Part shown: positions 1 through 10,696 of the stretch, piece after piece | How the letters are laid out: each line of letters begins with the position of its first letter | How positions within the stretch are numbered: position 1 is the stretch's first letter | Origin: a virus | Strand: one strand, 5' to 3' | Virus record (IMG/VR): IMGVR_UViG_3300047476_002043 | Coordinates: 18,024 to 82,023 of that record | Length of the DNA: 64,000 nt | Program-made: the position numbers and the translations under genes | The notes under the pieces: generated by a model | The model's input: the letters and a program-made list of their open reading frames with translations, nothing else | Databases searched by the model: none | What the model was told of the DNA's origin: nothing

Positions 1-863
1 GCGATTTTGTTTTTGAATTCTAGGATTTCGTTGGCCTTTGAATCTTCGAGCAGCTTGACCTTTCTTTCGAGAGCGCTGTATCGAGTCTTGAAATCATCGC
101 GTTCGGCCGCCATCCTTTTGCCGACGCTTTCAACAACTGCCGCCTCTTGGGCGCTTTGAAATTTCTTATGGGCAGTAACAGCTTCATCGGCCGTTAACCC
201 AAGGGCAATCAATGATTCGGTTTCGCTATGCACAAAATTTCCGTCTGTGAATAGTGATTCTATATTTAGAGATGCGGTCATATAAGACACGTCCCCATTA
301 TTAACAACTAGATTCATCGTAGCTTCCGGCGCTTTTACATTGGTTACCGAGATCGGTACTGTAGCACCTGCGAAATAAGCAAAGACATTGCCAGCCCTTG
401 CTTTTGGATCATTGATTACACAAGAGATGAAGAACTTGCTATGAGCATTTTTGATGCTAAGCATTGCCTTCTCAACTGCATCATTCAAGATATCCATTTT
501 GAATGGATGATCAACTTTTGAACCGATGATGGAACTTGAGAACAAGTAGTTTGTCTCGACGTCGTAAAAACTACGACGTTCAATTTCCATCTGTGGAATC
601 TCTATGACGATTGTCTGAAGAGGGATTCCAGAGTAGTACCTCTGGTCCTTCGATGCTCTAGAACCTATGTGATGCCTGACGGTAATCACTAGGTATCCAT
701 GTCTGATCGGATAGGTATCCACAGGAAGTAGTTCTGCTTTGTTGTTGCAGTCTACAGCGTGAATGGGGAGCGGAGTGCCGTTAGAGATGAGGATCTCTTT
801 GTACAAGCCATTGTGACATAGCGCGACGGCATCCGAGGAACATGTATATTTGAATACTCGCAT
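1..863 (-). CDS. hypothetical protein, 3' end runs off the window
   Basis: Reading frame from ATG at 863 (MRVFKYTCSSDAVALCHNG...) read by eye; early-type promoter motif at 910-938 upstream. Confidence 0.7.
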   Translation of the reverse strand, partial: MRVFKYTCSSDAVALCHNGLYKEILISNGTPLPIHAVDCNNKAELLPVDTYPIRHGYLVITVRHHIGSRASKDQRYYSGIPLQTIVIEIPQMEIERRSFYDVETNYLFSSSIIGSKVDHPFKMDILNDAVEKAMLSIKNAHSKFFISCVINDPKARAGNVFAYFAGATVPISVTNVKAPEATMNLVVNNGDVSYMTASLNIESLFTDGNFVHSETESLIALGLTADEAVTAHKKFQSAQEAAVVESVGKRMAAERDDFKTRYSALERKVKLLEDSKANEILEFKNKI

Positions 864-909
864 GATCCAACCTTAGTTATGTCTTCTTGCATTTCGGGGT
901 TGCAAATAG

Positions 910-938
910 GTAATATAGATCTAAAACGATCTTGAAAT
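910..938 (-). promoter_or_regulatory. early-type phage promoter motif (ATTTCA-N15-TATATTAC)
   Basis: Matches a motif repeated about 10 times in the window with fixed spacing; core resembles the phiKZ early promoter TATATTAC. Confidence 0.7.
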
Positions 939-995
939 AACCGGTCTTGCGAGATATAGAGATGGTACGGCAGCGTAAAAAATAAAAAGAACTAG

Positions 996-1025
996 CCACC
1001 CTAGCGGCTCATGCCGCTAGGGTGG
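996..1025 (-). terminator. intrinsic terminator
   Basis: 13-bp perfect stem CCACCCTAGCGGC/GCCGCTAGGGTGG with a U-rich tail on the minus strand. Confidence 0.75.
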
Positions 1026-1030
1026 TTTAG

Positions 1031-2098
1031 TCACTTAGGTTTGCTTTCAGGGACAGTCTTCTCTCGAAGATCCAGTATCTTGACGACACCAAATGTTGTA
1101 GCTTGTCTGGCAGTAGGTATCGATGGAGAATAACCAGGAGATGCCAATGTTCCAACGCCCTGGAGGACATTGTTATTGGAGCTTGTAGCAACGATATTTG
1201 TCGCTTTAGCCATTCTCTGCTGATTTGTATCGATAGCTCCAATCTCTGTCAGAACAGAACTCGATTTAGAGTAGCGATCTGTAGTCGCCACGTTTATCAT
1301 CGGATCGAATGTCTGTCCAACAGATGCTGATCTTGGTTGTTGGATGACGGACGAGAAGATATCGACGCCAACTGATCCATATTGCTTTATGGTGTCTCCG
1401 GTCACTGTATCTTTAGCCTGAACACCAACAACAGACTTAGCTGCTGCTATGTTCTCGTCTGTTCCAGGCATGGCAGCAAGACAGTTTTCCGTATTCTCCT
1501 CCAGGTCAGGATTGAATTCGGCAGGATTGTTTTCTGATGCTTCCTTGAAGATGTCCATCGCTCCAGACTTAGCTACGGTATCGAACACGTTACCAAGAAG
1601 AGTTGGTGAAGCCTGAGCTACCGCTAAGGGATCGCCGGAGATGATTCCTTCGGCGTTGTTCCTATCTACTCCTGAGTATTCTAGAACATCACCAATTTTG
1701 TTGATGACGTACTGACCACCAGATTTAGTTTTGTCCCAAACCGTAGCACCGACATCTTTTGTCTTTTCCCAGAAAGAAGGTTCTGGGTCAAAATCTGGAG
1801 CGTCATCGGTTGATGCGGCGCCGTCTTGATTAGGAGCGACGACGTTGATATCTTCGATCGCTCTATACTGATTCGACGTTAATGAAGTCTTGTCTGAGTA
1901 GAAATTAGAGAATGCATCAGATTTGGCTCTTGCCAATTCTGTATCATTTGTAATTGCGTATGGCGTGTTGGCCTGAAGCGCCTTCAGTGTTTTGGGATCA
2001 ACTTGACTCAGATAGGTGGTATCCGACGAAGTTGTCTTGGCGACTTGAGGAGACGAGACGGGCTTTTGAGTTTCGGTAATGAATAGACCGTTTGGCAT
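1031..2098 (-). CDS. hypothetical protein (acidic, Ser/Thr/Ala-rich; possible virion protein)
   Basis: 355 aa ORF, AAGGAG RBS. Confidence 0.75.
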   Translation of the reverse strand: MPNGLFITETQKPVSSPQVAKTTSSDTTYLSQVDPKTLKALQANTPYAITNDTELARAKSDAFSNFYSDKTSLTSNQYRAIEDINVVAPNQDGAASTDDAPDFDPEPSFWEKTKDVGATVWDKTKSGGQYVINKIGDVLEYSGVDRNNAEGIISGDPLAVAQASPTLLGNVFDTVAKSGAMDIFKEASENNPAEFNPDLEENTENCLAAMPGTDENIAAAKSVVGVQAKDTVTGDTIKQYGSVGVDIFSSVIQQPRSASVGQTFDPMINVATTDRYSKSSSVLTEIGAIDTNQQRMAKATNIVATSSNNNVLQGVGTLASPGYSPSIPTARQATTFGVVKILDLREKTVPESKPK

Positions 2099-2174
2099 GT
2101 GAATCTCCTTGAATTAAACATATAATCGTCTAAGACCTACCAGCTGGCCGCTAAGCCAGCTGGTAGATTTAGAG

Positions 2175-2852
2175 TCATTCATCGATGAGGTTGCTATCAA
2201 TGTGCATACCCGCAAGGAGCACACTTGCAACTTGAGCCGTTCTGCTGACCGAACCACCAGGGATGTTCTTGAGGCTGGCGCTGCCAGTCTCTTCCAACAT
2301 AGCTCGGAAACTACCGTAGGCATTGATATCACCACCACGAACTGTAACCAATTCATTGAGTGTGTTTTTCAATCCTTTAGCACTAAGAGCCTGAATCTCG
2401 GGAGCAGTAACAGACGAAGCTCTGTCCTTACCTGTAACCTGACCAGTGATCATATCGATCCGGCGGTCACTATCAGGAACACTGAGCTTCTTATCCAAGA
2501 ACTGCTGCATCCTTCTCAGTGGAAGCCTGAGGATAGGGAGCTTATGTCTCGATCTGTAGTGCGTCTTGAGTTCTTTGTCGTAGAACCATACGTAATCGAA
2601 CAACTTAACGTCGACCTTTTTAGCCGTAGCCAGGATTTGGTCGAGCGAGATTCGTTTAGTCATGTTTGGAACGGAGAAGTTGAATTGCACTCTTCCTTCT
2701 CGCATATTGGTCATGAAAGTTGTTAGCTCTTTGTCGGACATGTTGGTAAACATATCGACATATCGCTTGACGTTTGTTCCGTTAGGATCGATTCCAGAAA
2801 GACTCTGGACATAAGAGATGAGCGCCTTGCGTTTGCTCGCCATGTCAGCCAT
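2175..2852 (-). CDS. virion RNA polymerase beta subunit, C-terminal fragment (phiKZ gp149-like)
   Basis: RRMQQFLDKKLSVP..IDMITGQVTG..PEIQAL..ELVTVRGGD pattern of the RpoB C-terminus in a stand-alone 225 aa protein; recognised from memory. Confidence 0.8.
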   Translation of the reverse strand: MADMASKRKALISYVQSLSGIDPNGTNVKRYVDMFTNMSDKELTTFMTNMREGRVQFNFSVPNMTKRISLDQILATAKKVDVKLFDYVWFYDKELKTHYRSRHKLPILRLPLRRMQQFLDKKLSVPDSDRRIDMITGQVTGKDRASSVTAPEIQALSAKGLKNTLNELVTVRGGDINAYGSFRAMLEETGSASLKNIPGGSVSRTAQVASVLLAGMHIDSNLIDE

Positions 2853-2898
2853 GATAGACTCCTTTTTGAATTAGATGTATACGATGACTGACATCTAT

Positions 2899-3129
2899 TC
2901 ATCTAAAGATTGCGTTACTAAGATCTTTAAGTTTTTGTCTGAGCTCTTCTTGTGTAGTGTCATCAAGAACGATACGCTGTGTTTCTGTTGATTTGAATAC
3001 ATACGAAGTATCTCTGTTCTTAGCCATTTCTTCTCTAAGTTCAGCGATCTTCTTCGCACATATTTCTGTGTCAGTCCCATCTAAAGAAATGAGTGTTTTA
3101 AGACTGACGATGGTCTCTTTTTTAGACAT
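2899..3129 (-). CDS. hypothetical protein
   Basis: 76 aa ORF with GAGGAG RBS. Confidence 0.6.
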   Translation of the reverse strand: MSKKETIVSLKTLISLDGTDTEICAKKIAELREEMAKNRDTSYVFKSTETQRIVLDDTTQEELRQKLKDLSNAIFR

Positions 3130-3209
3130 AGGTTTATCTCCTCAAAAAAAAAATTAATACACTGGACACAACCTCCGGGAGCGATGAGCTCCCGGAGGCA
3201 ACTTGTTCT

Positions 3210-5450
3210 TTATTTCAAATGCATCAGGTGTGTTCCATACTTACTCAGGGATCTTCCATCGCTGGATGATCTCTTGGAAAGATCGATAATGATCGACCCG
3301 GCCGTTTCGGAAGAATGGATTAGAACGTGCGCGATAGAAATGCGATTCAAGTGGGATTCGGGAACAGAGATGATCGAATCTTCACCAGGCTTCCAAACAG
3401 TCAAGATTGTCGTCTCGCCAAGTGGCGACCGTCTCAACCTACCGCTAGTTTCGAGTTTCACAACACGCACGACATTTTTCTCGTTGGAGTTGATGTATGC
3501 GATGTAGACCTCATTACTAACGATCGGGTATACGTTTTCGATATCACTTAAGATACCGGTGCTATCCGCACTTTTACGTACGGCCAAATCGTTGGGAGTC
3601 AGGATCTTGAGACAACCGTCTTTGTCAATTGTCAAGAATTGCTCACTGACGTGAACGTACTTAACATCCGGTTCATCCCTATAGTGTAGTCCCTTAACCG
3701 CAAAGATAGTTGTCGGGTTCTTGCGAATACCGACTGTAAATTTGTGTTTCCGGTTGGACACTTGGAAATGTTTCGTAACGAATTCTTTAGGGAAGCTGAG
3801 TTCACTCTCATCGTCCAATCCGTCGTCATGGTGACGAACCTTATTCTTAACTCCATTGGGGTAGAGCCGAATATCGGTATCGATACCGAAGCGACTAATG
3901 ATCATGTCGGCTTCGGTCAAGGAATTGAATTGGATACGTCCCTGGCCGATCGTAGCACATCCGATGAACGAAGGAACGGCACTGCGTCTATGCCCGAATT
4001 CTCCGCCGAATTTCTTGCGGATGTTTTCAGCAGCTTCGCAGATGACCGCATCGATCATGAACATCTTCTTCTGAACTTCCACGCTTTCTGTGTGGATACG
4101 TTCGAGGTCAAGCTTAAGCTTTTCCACGTTGATGTTGGTAATACTACCGAGTGTGATCTCGCTCAAGTATTTAGCCTGGAACTGAGTCATACCAAATCGC
4201 TCAATGAGCGGTTGGATAGTGTCCTCAGGTTTCTTTGCATTCTTGAAGATTTGGAAGACGGCATCCATGTCAGTGTGTGCCATGAGGATAGCCTCAAAGC
4301 GACGCATAGCGATGGTGAGATGCCTCTGGGTATTCTTGAAGCCAGCGAGAACTGATCGCTTGCGCTCTTGGTACCACATATCGAGAACATCGAAGGGTGA
4401 TAACTCAGGGCACTTACGCTCCTTTGTGAAGAAGCGGTTGCAAGGAGTGTAGCGACCAGTGAACTCGATCAGTTTCTTGAGGGGTTCGATGACATCCCAG
4501 GGAGATACGCCACGCTTGAGTGTGAATTCAACCCTGCTGTCCATACATCCCTTAGATGCATTGGTAATCCCGTCGATGTTCAGGTTGACGAAGTTTTCTT
4601 TTTTGTCAACGATCATCTTACCAACATTCTTTTCTGCTTGAGAAAAGTTCTTGAAGTACGGAAGGGTTCTGAGGATGATGGATTTTGGAGTAACTTCCAT
4701 TGCACCATCCTGAACGATGGAGCATTTGAAATCACCACTCCGATAAGCTTCAAGAAGTTCGGCTTCATTTCTCAGGAGACCGTCTGTTGGAGTATCCGGG
4801 ATGAGGAAGTGTCCAAGTTGCTCATTCAGCTCTTTGGCCGGTGGGCGGAAACCGAATTTGTTGTAGAGATTGACATAAGCGACAGTCAGTCTACAAAGTG
4901 CATCGAGATTGAGGGTGGTTGGTGAAGTCTTGAACCCGATGGACATACCAAAGCCGCCAGTGATCAAAGCCATAGGCAGAGCAGGGATGAGATAATCCGG
5001 CTCTTTGGTAGTTTCAGTATCCGACGTAACCATGTTGAGTGTGCCCAACTCGGTATTGTCGAAGTACACAGCTCTTGTGAACTTATGTTCCTGAACTTCA
5101 AGATAACGCGGCTGAGCTGGTTTACCGCCACCGTAGTCACCTACGTTAGTCTCAGCGTAAAGCAGAGGCACGATGAAGTTGAAGGGTTGACAGAGGTGAG
5201 AGATCGCTTCGTTCACGGATGAGTCACCACTAACGTGGTATTTCTCAAGCACATCACCACCAAGAACGGTAGCTTTATGCTTTCCAGGATTGCGATGATA
5301 GATAGTCCAAAGGATCCTTTTCTGGATCGGCTTCAGTCCATCGATGACGTGCGGGAGTTTGGTGGCAACCGTGTGTAGACCATAGTCTCGGTAGTCCGAG
5401 ACAACGGCTTCATCGGCGTTCATTTTTCCATTTACTGTATCTTCTGCCAT
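3210..5450 (-). CDS. gyrA: type IIA topoisomerase/gyrase subunit A
   Basis: DGLKPIQKRIL, YHVSGDSS, catalytic AQPRY, EPDYL motifs; C-terminal domain retained; start re-picked at MAEDT after GGAG. Confidence 0.9.
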   Translation of the reverse strand: MAEDTVNGKMNADEAVVSDYRDYGLHTVATKLPHVIDGLKPIQKRILWTIYHRNPGKHKATVLGGDVLEKYHVSGDSSVNEAISHLCQPFNFIVPLLYAETNVGDYGGGKPAQPRYLEVQEHKFTRAVYFDNTELGTLNMVTSDTETTKEPDYLIPALPMALITGGFGMSIGFKTSPTTLNLDALCRLTVAYVNLYNKFGFRPPAKELNEQLGHFLIPDTPTDGLLRNEAELLEAYRSGDFKCSIVQDGAMEVTPKSIILRTLPYFKNFSQAEKNVGKMIVDKKENFVNLNIDGITNASKGCMDSRVEFTLKRGVSPWDVIEPLKKLIEFTGRYTPCNRFFTKERKCPELSPFDVLDMWYQERKRSVLAGFKNTQRHLTIAMRRFEAILMAHTDMDAVFQIFKNAKKPEDTIQPLIERFGMTQFQAKYLSEITLGSITNINVEKLKLDLERIHTESVEVQKKMFMIDAVICEAAENIRKKFGGEFGHRRSAVPSFIGCATIGQGRIQFNSLTEADMIISRFGIDTDIRLYPNGVKNKVRHHDDGLDDESELSFPKEFVTKHFQVSNRKHKFTVGIRKNPTTIFAVKGLHYRDEPDVKYVHVSEQFLTIDKDGCLKILTPNDLAVRKSADSTGILSDIENVYPIVSNEVYIAYINSNEKNVVRVVKLETSGRLRRSPLGETTILTVWKPGEDSIISVPESHLNRISIAHVLIHSSETAGSIIIDLSKRSSSDGRSLSKYGTHLMHLK

Positions 5451-5504
5451 GAGGGTCTCCAAAAAATAACCGCAGCCAGTTTTCACCAGCTGCGGTTGTT
5501 GAGG

Positions 5505-5975
5505 TTAGAGTTGAACTTGTCGATGAGCTGAGGTGTTGATGTTGGAATAAGTGAAGCTACGGACCGTGGCCTTCTTATCAACAAGAGTCACACTGATGTC
5601 GACGGAATAGCCGAGGATACATTCAAGAATTTCAACGAACTTCTTGTACGTGATTTCATTCCTGGCCAAAGTTGAAAGGAGATTCCCTCTACCCGATGAG
5701 ATCCTACTTGGGGTTTCACCAAGAACAACTCTGGCGTACTCAGCATATCGATCGGTGATGTACTCTTTGCTAACCTTGTCGTCAACTAGAATTCTTCTGA
5801 GGATTTTCATCAGTGGGTGCGATGTGTTATGAACATCCTCTTCTCTAAAGAGGGGATCACCATCCATAGCATCCGACCGATCAAAGTTGACCCCTTCTTC
5901 CATCAACTGATGGAACGATTTGTAGGCTACGTCTTTTGACGGTGGAAATTGCATGTCACTATGACTCCTTGACAT
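5505..5975 (-). CDS. hypothetical protein, possible HTH-like DNA-binding protein
   Basis: 156 aa; RGNLLSTL..ITYKKFVEIL helical pattern; early-type promoter core at 6001. Confidence 0.6.
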   Translation of the reverse strand: MSRSHSDMQFPPSKDVAYKSFHQLMEEGVNFDRSDAMDGDPLFREEDVHNTSHPLMKILRRILVDDKVSKEYITDRYAEYARVVLGETPSRISSGRGNLLSTLARNEITYKKFVEILECILGYSVDISVTLVDKKATVRSFTYSNINTSAHRQVQL

Positions 5976-6068
5976 GGGTTGAGGTTGAGGTTACCTTAAG
6001 GTAATGTATGTCTGAATGTCTTCTCATCTCTTTTCATCCTGGGGAGGTGGGCGATGAAAGATTAAGAG

Positions 6069-6142
<74 letters not shown>

Positions 6143-6151
6143 AATGTATCG

Positions 6152-8656
6152 TTACTCTGCGTCGATGTAATCATCATCCTTAGCGCCCTTGAACTTGAGA
6201 ACTTGCTCAAGATCTTGGAGGTTTTCTTGGATGAGCATCTTACGCAGTTTCGTTGCAACACCAAAGATTTCGTGGATGATGTCAACATCACCGACGTTCG
6301 TGATCTTGGTGTAACTACGAGTGAGCGGGTCCAAACAAACATGCACAAGCTGGGCAGGAGGAACCTGAGCCAACCCTTTGAGTCTGCTAGGAACAAAGTA
6401 TTCGTTGATGGTCTGGAAGACTTGATAGAGCTGGAGATAAGTCATCATCCTCTCGTTGTAAAGGGGCGAATGTCTTGTTGTCACAGTCACGTAAATCCTG
6501 TTGTGCTTAACTGCCCGCAAGGTAGGCAACACATTCATGCGGATTTCAGTAGCCAAGTCTTTGCACTGAATAACAGTGTCAACATTACCTACGGTAAGGA
6601 TGAGACTGTCGCTTTCTTTTCGGTATTCGCAGTGGTCAAGTGCAAGACCTTCTTTGATCTTCTCAGGATTGATAGGATCAAGATGATCGACAACACTCAC
6701 CAAGCTTTCAAGGATATGCGGATCGATGATCAGTTTGGTGGCAACCGCATTGATGATGCGACCAACCTCATAGATCAGATAGCAGAAGTCTCTGAATGCT
6801 GCGCCGGACAGTTCATGATGAGCGACCTCACCATAGACCTTGATGCGAAGAAGGGAATTGTACATGTCAACTCGCTGATCCATCAATGCATGTGCATCTC
6901 TGGCAAAAATCCGAAGCTTCTTGTGAAGCAGTAGATACAACGGCGGGTTGATCATGATAACGCGACCGGAAGTGACAATCAGAGGATTGATCTTGTAGAG
7001 CGTACCGATGCAGAGTGACCGGATATGATAGCCGTCACAGTCAGCGTCAGCCAGCAAGCAGATCGTCGCGAAGTTCATGTTGTCAAGATTGGTATCAGTT
7101 GGGCTAACACCAAGGATCTTGCTCAAGTCTTGATACATTTCGCTAGAGCGAAGCTGGCGCGTTTCTTTCTTGAACGGATTGGTAGGCTTGCCACGACACT
7201 TGTACACAGCTTGAGTCTGTGCATTGCGGTGTTGCTTAATGTAGTCACCGGACGAGTCGCCTTCAGCGAAGAAGATCTCGGTGATGGTCTTGTCACGAGA
7301 AACACATTCAAGGTAACAATCAGGGTTATTGAGTGTATACTTGAGGTTCTTGAGGCCGTTGTTGGATTTGAGGTCGCGATTGAGGAATCGCTTGTAGCGC
7401 TCTTCAACATCCTCAAAGATTTGAAGAAGGTAATCCTTCCAGAAGTCGTCACCAAGACGTTCGCATGCTTTGATGAGGCTAGCCGTGAATTGCTTCAAGA
7501 ACTCATTGTCGCTGAAGTTATTCTTGGCTTGGTCATCAAAGTTGGCTCCTTGCCATTCTGCCATGATGATGATACCACCAGGTAGTTGGTAGAAGTTCTC
7601 GAAGTAGTCTCGCATTTCAACATCTGCGATCTTCTTCATGAGCATCTTTTTGATAACGGAAATTGTACCGAAGACATGTGATGCCTTAGGGTTTTGGATG
7701 CGGACCATGTTAACCGCAGCAACCATCATCTGACTTCTTTTACCGAAGTCTTTCTGAAGGAAGGTTTGAATCGTGTATCCAAGGCGACCATCAACATTGA
7801 TGTCTTGTTCGATGATGGGCGATTCCCAAAGAACAGGAGCATTGATGCCGTTGGAGCGAAGAACATAGCTACTGAAACTTACGTTCTCCGGGGAGAGGTA
7901 GATTTCTCTAGCGCTATTGGTTTCGCGTTTGTAGTAGAGTGAGCGCCAGATGTCTTCGATCGGAGCCCCAATGTGGTAATCAGGATCTTCTGCGATTGAA
8001 CAGGCTTTGACTGAGAATCTGATGTTCCTAACGAAAGTTGCTTCGAAGTCGAGGTAGTCCAAGAGCAGCTTGATGCCGCTATCAGGAGTGTCCTCAAAGA
8101 AATCGCCAGCGTCTTTGTAGACTGTCCAGTCGGGCTCATAAATGACTGTAACACCATCAAGTGAACGGTCTTCTGGATGCATCTCAAGAACCTCGCTCCT
8201 CATGGTCTTACCAAGACGAGAATGAACGATGGCGAAACCATCACGACGACGAGAGATGACAGTGATGAATTTCGAGAGAGCATTGGTGGCCTTAACGCCA
8301 ACACCGAATGTACCGATGGATGTAGTGTAGGAAGAGGGTGACCACTTACCGGATGTACCATACTTGGTGTACGATGCGTCAAGTTTGTGAAGTGGGATAC
8401 CGCGACCTGTGTCGGTGATGATGACTTGGAATCGACCTTCGGCTTTCAGAACGAAAGTGATAGAGATCAAATGCTTCTTATCTTTCGTGATTTTGGCTTC
8501 ATCGATAGAGTTGTCGATGATTTCCTTGAGCAACTGATACATCCCCTTTTGGTTGGGAGAAAAGCCATACATCGTAGGCTTAAGGCGGATGTGATCGAGT
8601 ACCGTTTCAACTGATTCAATGTCTTTAGCTTCGTAAGACTTGGTATTCACGCTCAT
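6152..8656 (-). CDS. gyrB: type IIA topoisomerase/gyrase subunit B
   Basis: GHKL motifs EIIDNSIDE, DTGRGIP, GTFGVGVKATNALS; TOPRIM motifs EGDS, RGKPTN, DADCDGYHI; RLKGL. Confidence 0.92.
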   Translation of the reverse strand: MSVNTKSYEAKDIESVETVLDHIRLKPTMYGFSPNQKGMYQLLKEIIDNSIDEAKITKDKKHLISITFVLKAEGRFQVIITDTGRGIPLHKLDASYTKYGTSGKWSPSSYTTSIGTFGVGVKATNALSKFITVISRRRDGFAIVHSRLGKTMRSEVLEMHPEDRSLDGVTVIYEPDWTVYKDAGDFFEDTPDSGIKLLLDYLDFEATFVRNIRFSVKACSIAEDPDYHIGAPIEDIWRSLYYKRETNSAREIYLSPENVSFSSYVLRSNGINAPVLWESPIIEQDINVDGRLGYTIQTFLQKDFGKRSQMMVAAVNMVRIQNPKASHVFGTISVIKKMLMKKIADVEMRDYFENFYQLPGGIIIMAEWQGANFDDQAKNNFSDNEFLKQFTASLIKACERLGDDFWKDYLLQIFEDVEERYKRFLNRDLKSNNGLKNLKYTLNNPDCYLECVSRDKTITEIFFAEGDSSGDYIKQHRNAQTQAVYKCRGKPTNPFKKETRQLRSSEMYQDLSKILGVSPTDTNLDNMNFATICLLADADCDGYHIRSLCIGTLYKINPLIVTSGRVIMINPPLYLLLHKKLRIFARDAHALMDQRVDMYNSLLRIKVYGEVAHHELSGAAFRDFCYLIYEVGRIINAVATKLIIDPHILESLVSVVDHLDPINPEKIKEGLALDHCEYRKESDSLILTVGNVDTVIQCKDLATEIRMNVLPTLRAVKHNRIYVTVTTRHSPLYNERMMTYLQLYQVFQTINEYFVPSRLKGLAQVPPAQLVHVCLDPLTRSYTKITNVGDVDIIHEIFGVATKLRKMLIQENLQDLEQVLKFKGAKDDDYIDAE

Positions 8657-8680
8657 GAAAATCTCCTTGGTTGGGGTGGG

Positions 8681-9073
8681 TTAAAAGAAACCGAGCTCAT
8701 GCGCAAATTCGAGGCAGGCTTGAGCATCGATCTGGGTGATGTTTTCAACAGTAGCCAAATCAGCCAATGTAAAATCCGGGTTATCGACGTGCAGGGTGGC
8801 AACCGAATACGCCTTATCTTGATTGGTCTGAATACTGTTGTAAGTGTACTTGGAGCAGATATCGAAATCATACTCCTTGAGTCTGATGCTCTTAATGATG
8901 TTCGCTGGGACATGGGAGAAGTAGAAAGCTATCCGCTCATCACTCCACCCATCCAGCATGTGATGACAGATGTCAACTATGTCTTCATCCTGAAGAATTT
9001 GTACACATCCATCCACATCTTTTCTGCGTGGGAGATAGATTATGCTTGGCGCTTTGACATGTTCATCATACAT
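8681..9073 (-). CDS. hypothetical protein
   Basis: 130 aa ORF, AGGAG RBS, co-oriented with gyrB. Confidence 0.7.
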   Translation of the reverse strand: MYDEHVKAPSIIYLPRRKDVDGCVQILQDEDIVDICHHMLDGWSDERIAFYFSHVPANIIKSIRLKEYDFDICSKYTYNSIQTNQDKAYSVATLHVDNPDFTLADLATVENITQIDAQACLEFAHELGFF

Positions 9074-9088
9074 AATCCATCTCCTATG

Positions 9089-9730
9089 TTAAGCTTCTAC
9101 TGGCACCAGGCCGGTTTTATCTCTAAGCCAGAAGTTGTGGTCGCCGAATTTGATTCCCGACAACTCTTCAACCTTCTGATGAATCTTGTAGCAGAGGTCG
9201 TCAGGTGTTCCGTCATTGACAACATCAGCATCACTACCAGGGAGGTAGAGATAATTGCGTGAGTCGCCGGCGAACGATTTACCTTCTCTGTGAATCCGAA
9301 TGACGATGAGTTTCGAGTCTTTGACTTCTTTAAGACACTCGATCTCTTCCATGAAACCACCATCACTGAAGAAGTAGAAGGTGTTGGTCGTCCATGGGAT
9401 ATCGTTGTCAGTGTCGATGACAGACTTAACTGCCATGTGACCGAAGTAATCTTTTCCGAAAATAGGCTTGCACCATTCTTCCGAGATCTTGATCATGAAC
9501 TGGCGCTGACTTAATCCGCCGAGTTTATCCCAAGGTTGACTCTTGAGTGTCGGACACTCGTAGCGTTCGTCCCATTCTTTCTCACTGAAGGGGATGATAG
9601 ACTTGGCGATTTTGAAAAGCTGTCGCTTCATTTCCAAATGCTCGCAGCAATGGTACCAGCGATTGAACGCAGATGCCGCAGTGTCCTTACCACATGAAGG
9701 AGGTCCGCTCAAAACAATGATAATTTTCAT
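9089..9730 (-). CDS. deoxynucleoside monophosphate kinase
   Basis: Walker A GPPSCGKDT, RQFMIKISEEWCKPIFG, FSDGGF, IRIHR motifs of phage dNMP kinases. Confidence 0.8.
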   Translation of the reverse strand: MKIIIVLSGPPSCGKDTAASAFNRWYHCCEHLEMKRQLFKIAKSIIPFSEKEWDERYECPTLKSQPWDKLGGLSQRQFMIKISEEWCKPIFGKDYFGHMAVKSVIDTDNDIPWTTNTFYFFSDGGFMEEIECLKEVKDSKLIVIRIHREGKSFAGDSRNYLYLPGSDADVVNDGTPDDLCYKIHQKVEELSGIKFGDHNFWLRDKTGLVPVEA

Positions 9731-9767
9731 TCGATTTTATCCTTATGGAAAGTGGTTGCTCTTATAA

Positions 9768-9796
9768 GTAATGTAGATCTCAAGCTTCACTGAGAT
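9768..9796 (-). promoter_or_regulatory. early-type phage promoter motif
   Basis: ATCTCA-N15-TACATTAC on the minus strand upstream of the dNMP kinase/gyrB cluster. Confidence 0.7.
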
Positions 9797-9860
9797 GCCT
9801 CTACTTACTCGATATAAAATCAGTGAGTCCTCTAGTTTTTAATCGCTGAAAAAAGAAAGG

Positions 9861-9896
9861 AAGCTACACCAGGGCCGCGAGGCCCTGGTGTAGCTT
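9861..9896. terminator. 16-bp perfect hairpin, GCGA loop
   Basis: AAGCTACACCAGGGCC-GCGA-GGCCCTGGTGTAGCTT. Confidence 0.65.
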
Positions 9897-10164
9897 ACCT
9901 CGAACAAGTATTTCTCTCATCTCCCACCCCTGAGGATGAAAGAAACTACGGGCATGATTGGGGAGCCACCAACCACATCCACTCGCTCAACGACATTGCA
10001 ATTAACGATGTGCCTCACGCATCGCCAACTACAACTGCTCAATTCATCAACAGAAAAGGATCAATTCCACCTGCCCACTGTTGAATGACGAATTGTGTTG
10101 TCGTATACAATCATATGACCAACACTACAAAATTACGGATTAATTCCGTTTGGAGAACTTATTT

Positions 10165-10650
10165 ATGAGCAAGCAAGTTGATGACCGCATCGATGCAGTT
10201 GTTGCACTCTCTGCAAAGAACAACGAAATCCGCAGAGCTATGGCTGAGAAGCTTAGCGCAGCGGCTAACAAACTCAACTTCGACGACATCGATAAGATGC
10301 GATCGAGTGAACTTGAGAGTAGACTCGGTGTTTTCACCACCGTAGACAGTATCCTCAAGAGCATGGAAAGTTCCGAAATCAACAACGTTAAGATCATGCT
10401 CAGTAAGCAAAATACTGAGGCTAACGTCGGTACCGCCGAAACCGTTGCTAACCTCCTCAGGGCCGTTAAGGTTGGTGACATCATTCCGCCCAGACATGGC
10501 GATGCCACTGAAGATGACATCGATAACAAGCTCGATGGGGTCATCAGTGGTAATGCTGAAATTCGTCCTGTCTCGGCAGGGGAACTTGGTGCCAATGAAC
10601 AACAAGATGTGATCAATCTTAGCGATAAAAAAACTGATGTGGAAGAATGA
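10165..10650 (+). CDS. hypothetical protein
   Basis: ORF with GGAG RBS before MSKQ. Confidence 0.7.
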   Translation: MSKQVDDRIDAVVALSAKNNEIRRAMAEKLSAAANKLNFDDIDKMRSSELESRLGVFTTVDSILKSMESSEINNVKIMLSKQNTEANVGTAETVANLLRAVKVGDIIPPRHGDATEDDIDNKLDGVISGNAEIRPVSAGELGANEQQDVINLSDKKTDVEE

Positions 10651-10655
10651 AAGAC

Positions 10656-10687
10656 CACCTACGTCACCCGCAAGGGTGACGTAGGTG
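10656..10687. terminator. hairpin between convergent genes
   Basis: 14-bp perfect stem, GCAA loop. Confidence 0.7.
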
Positions 10688-10696
10688 TATCTTCTA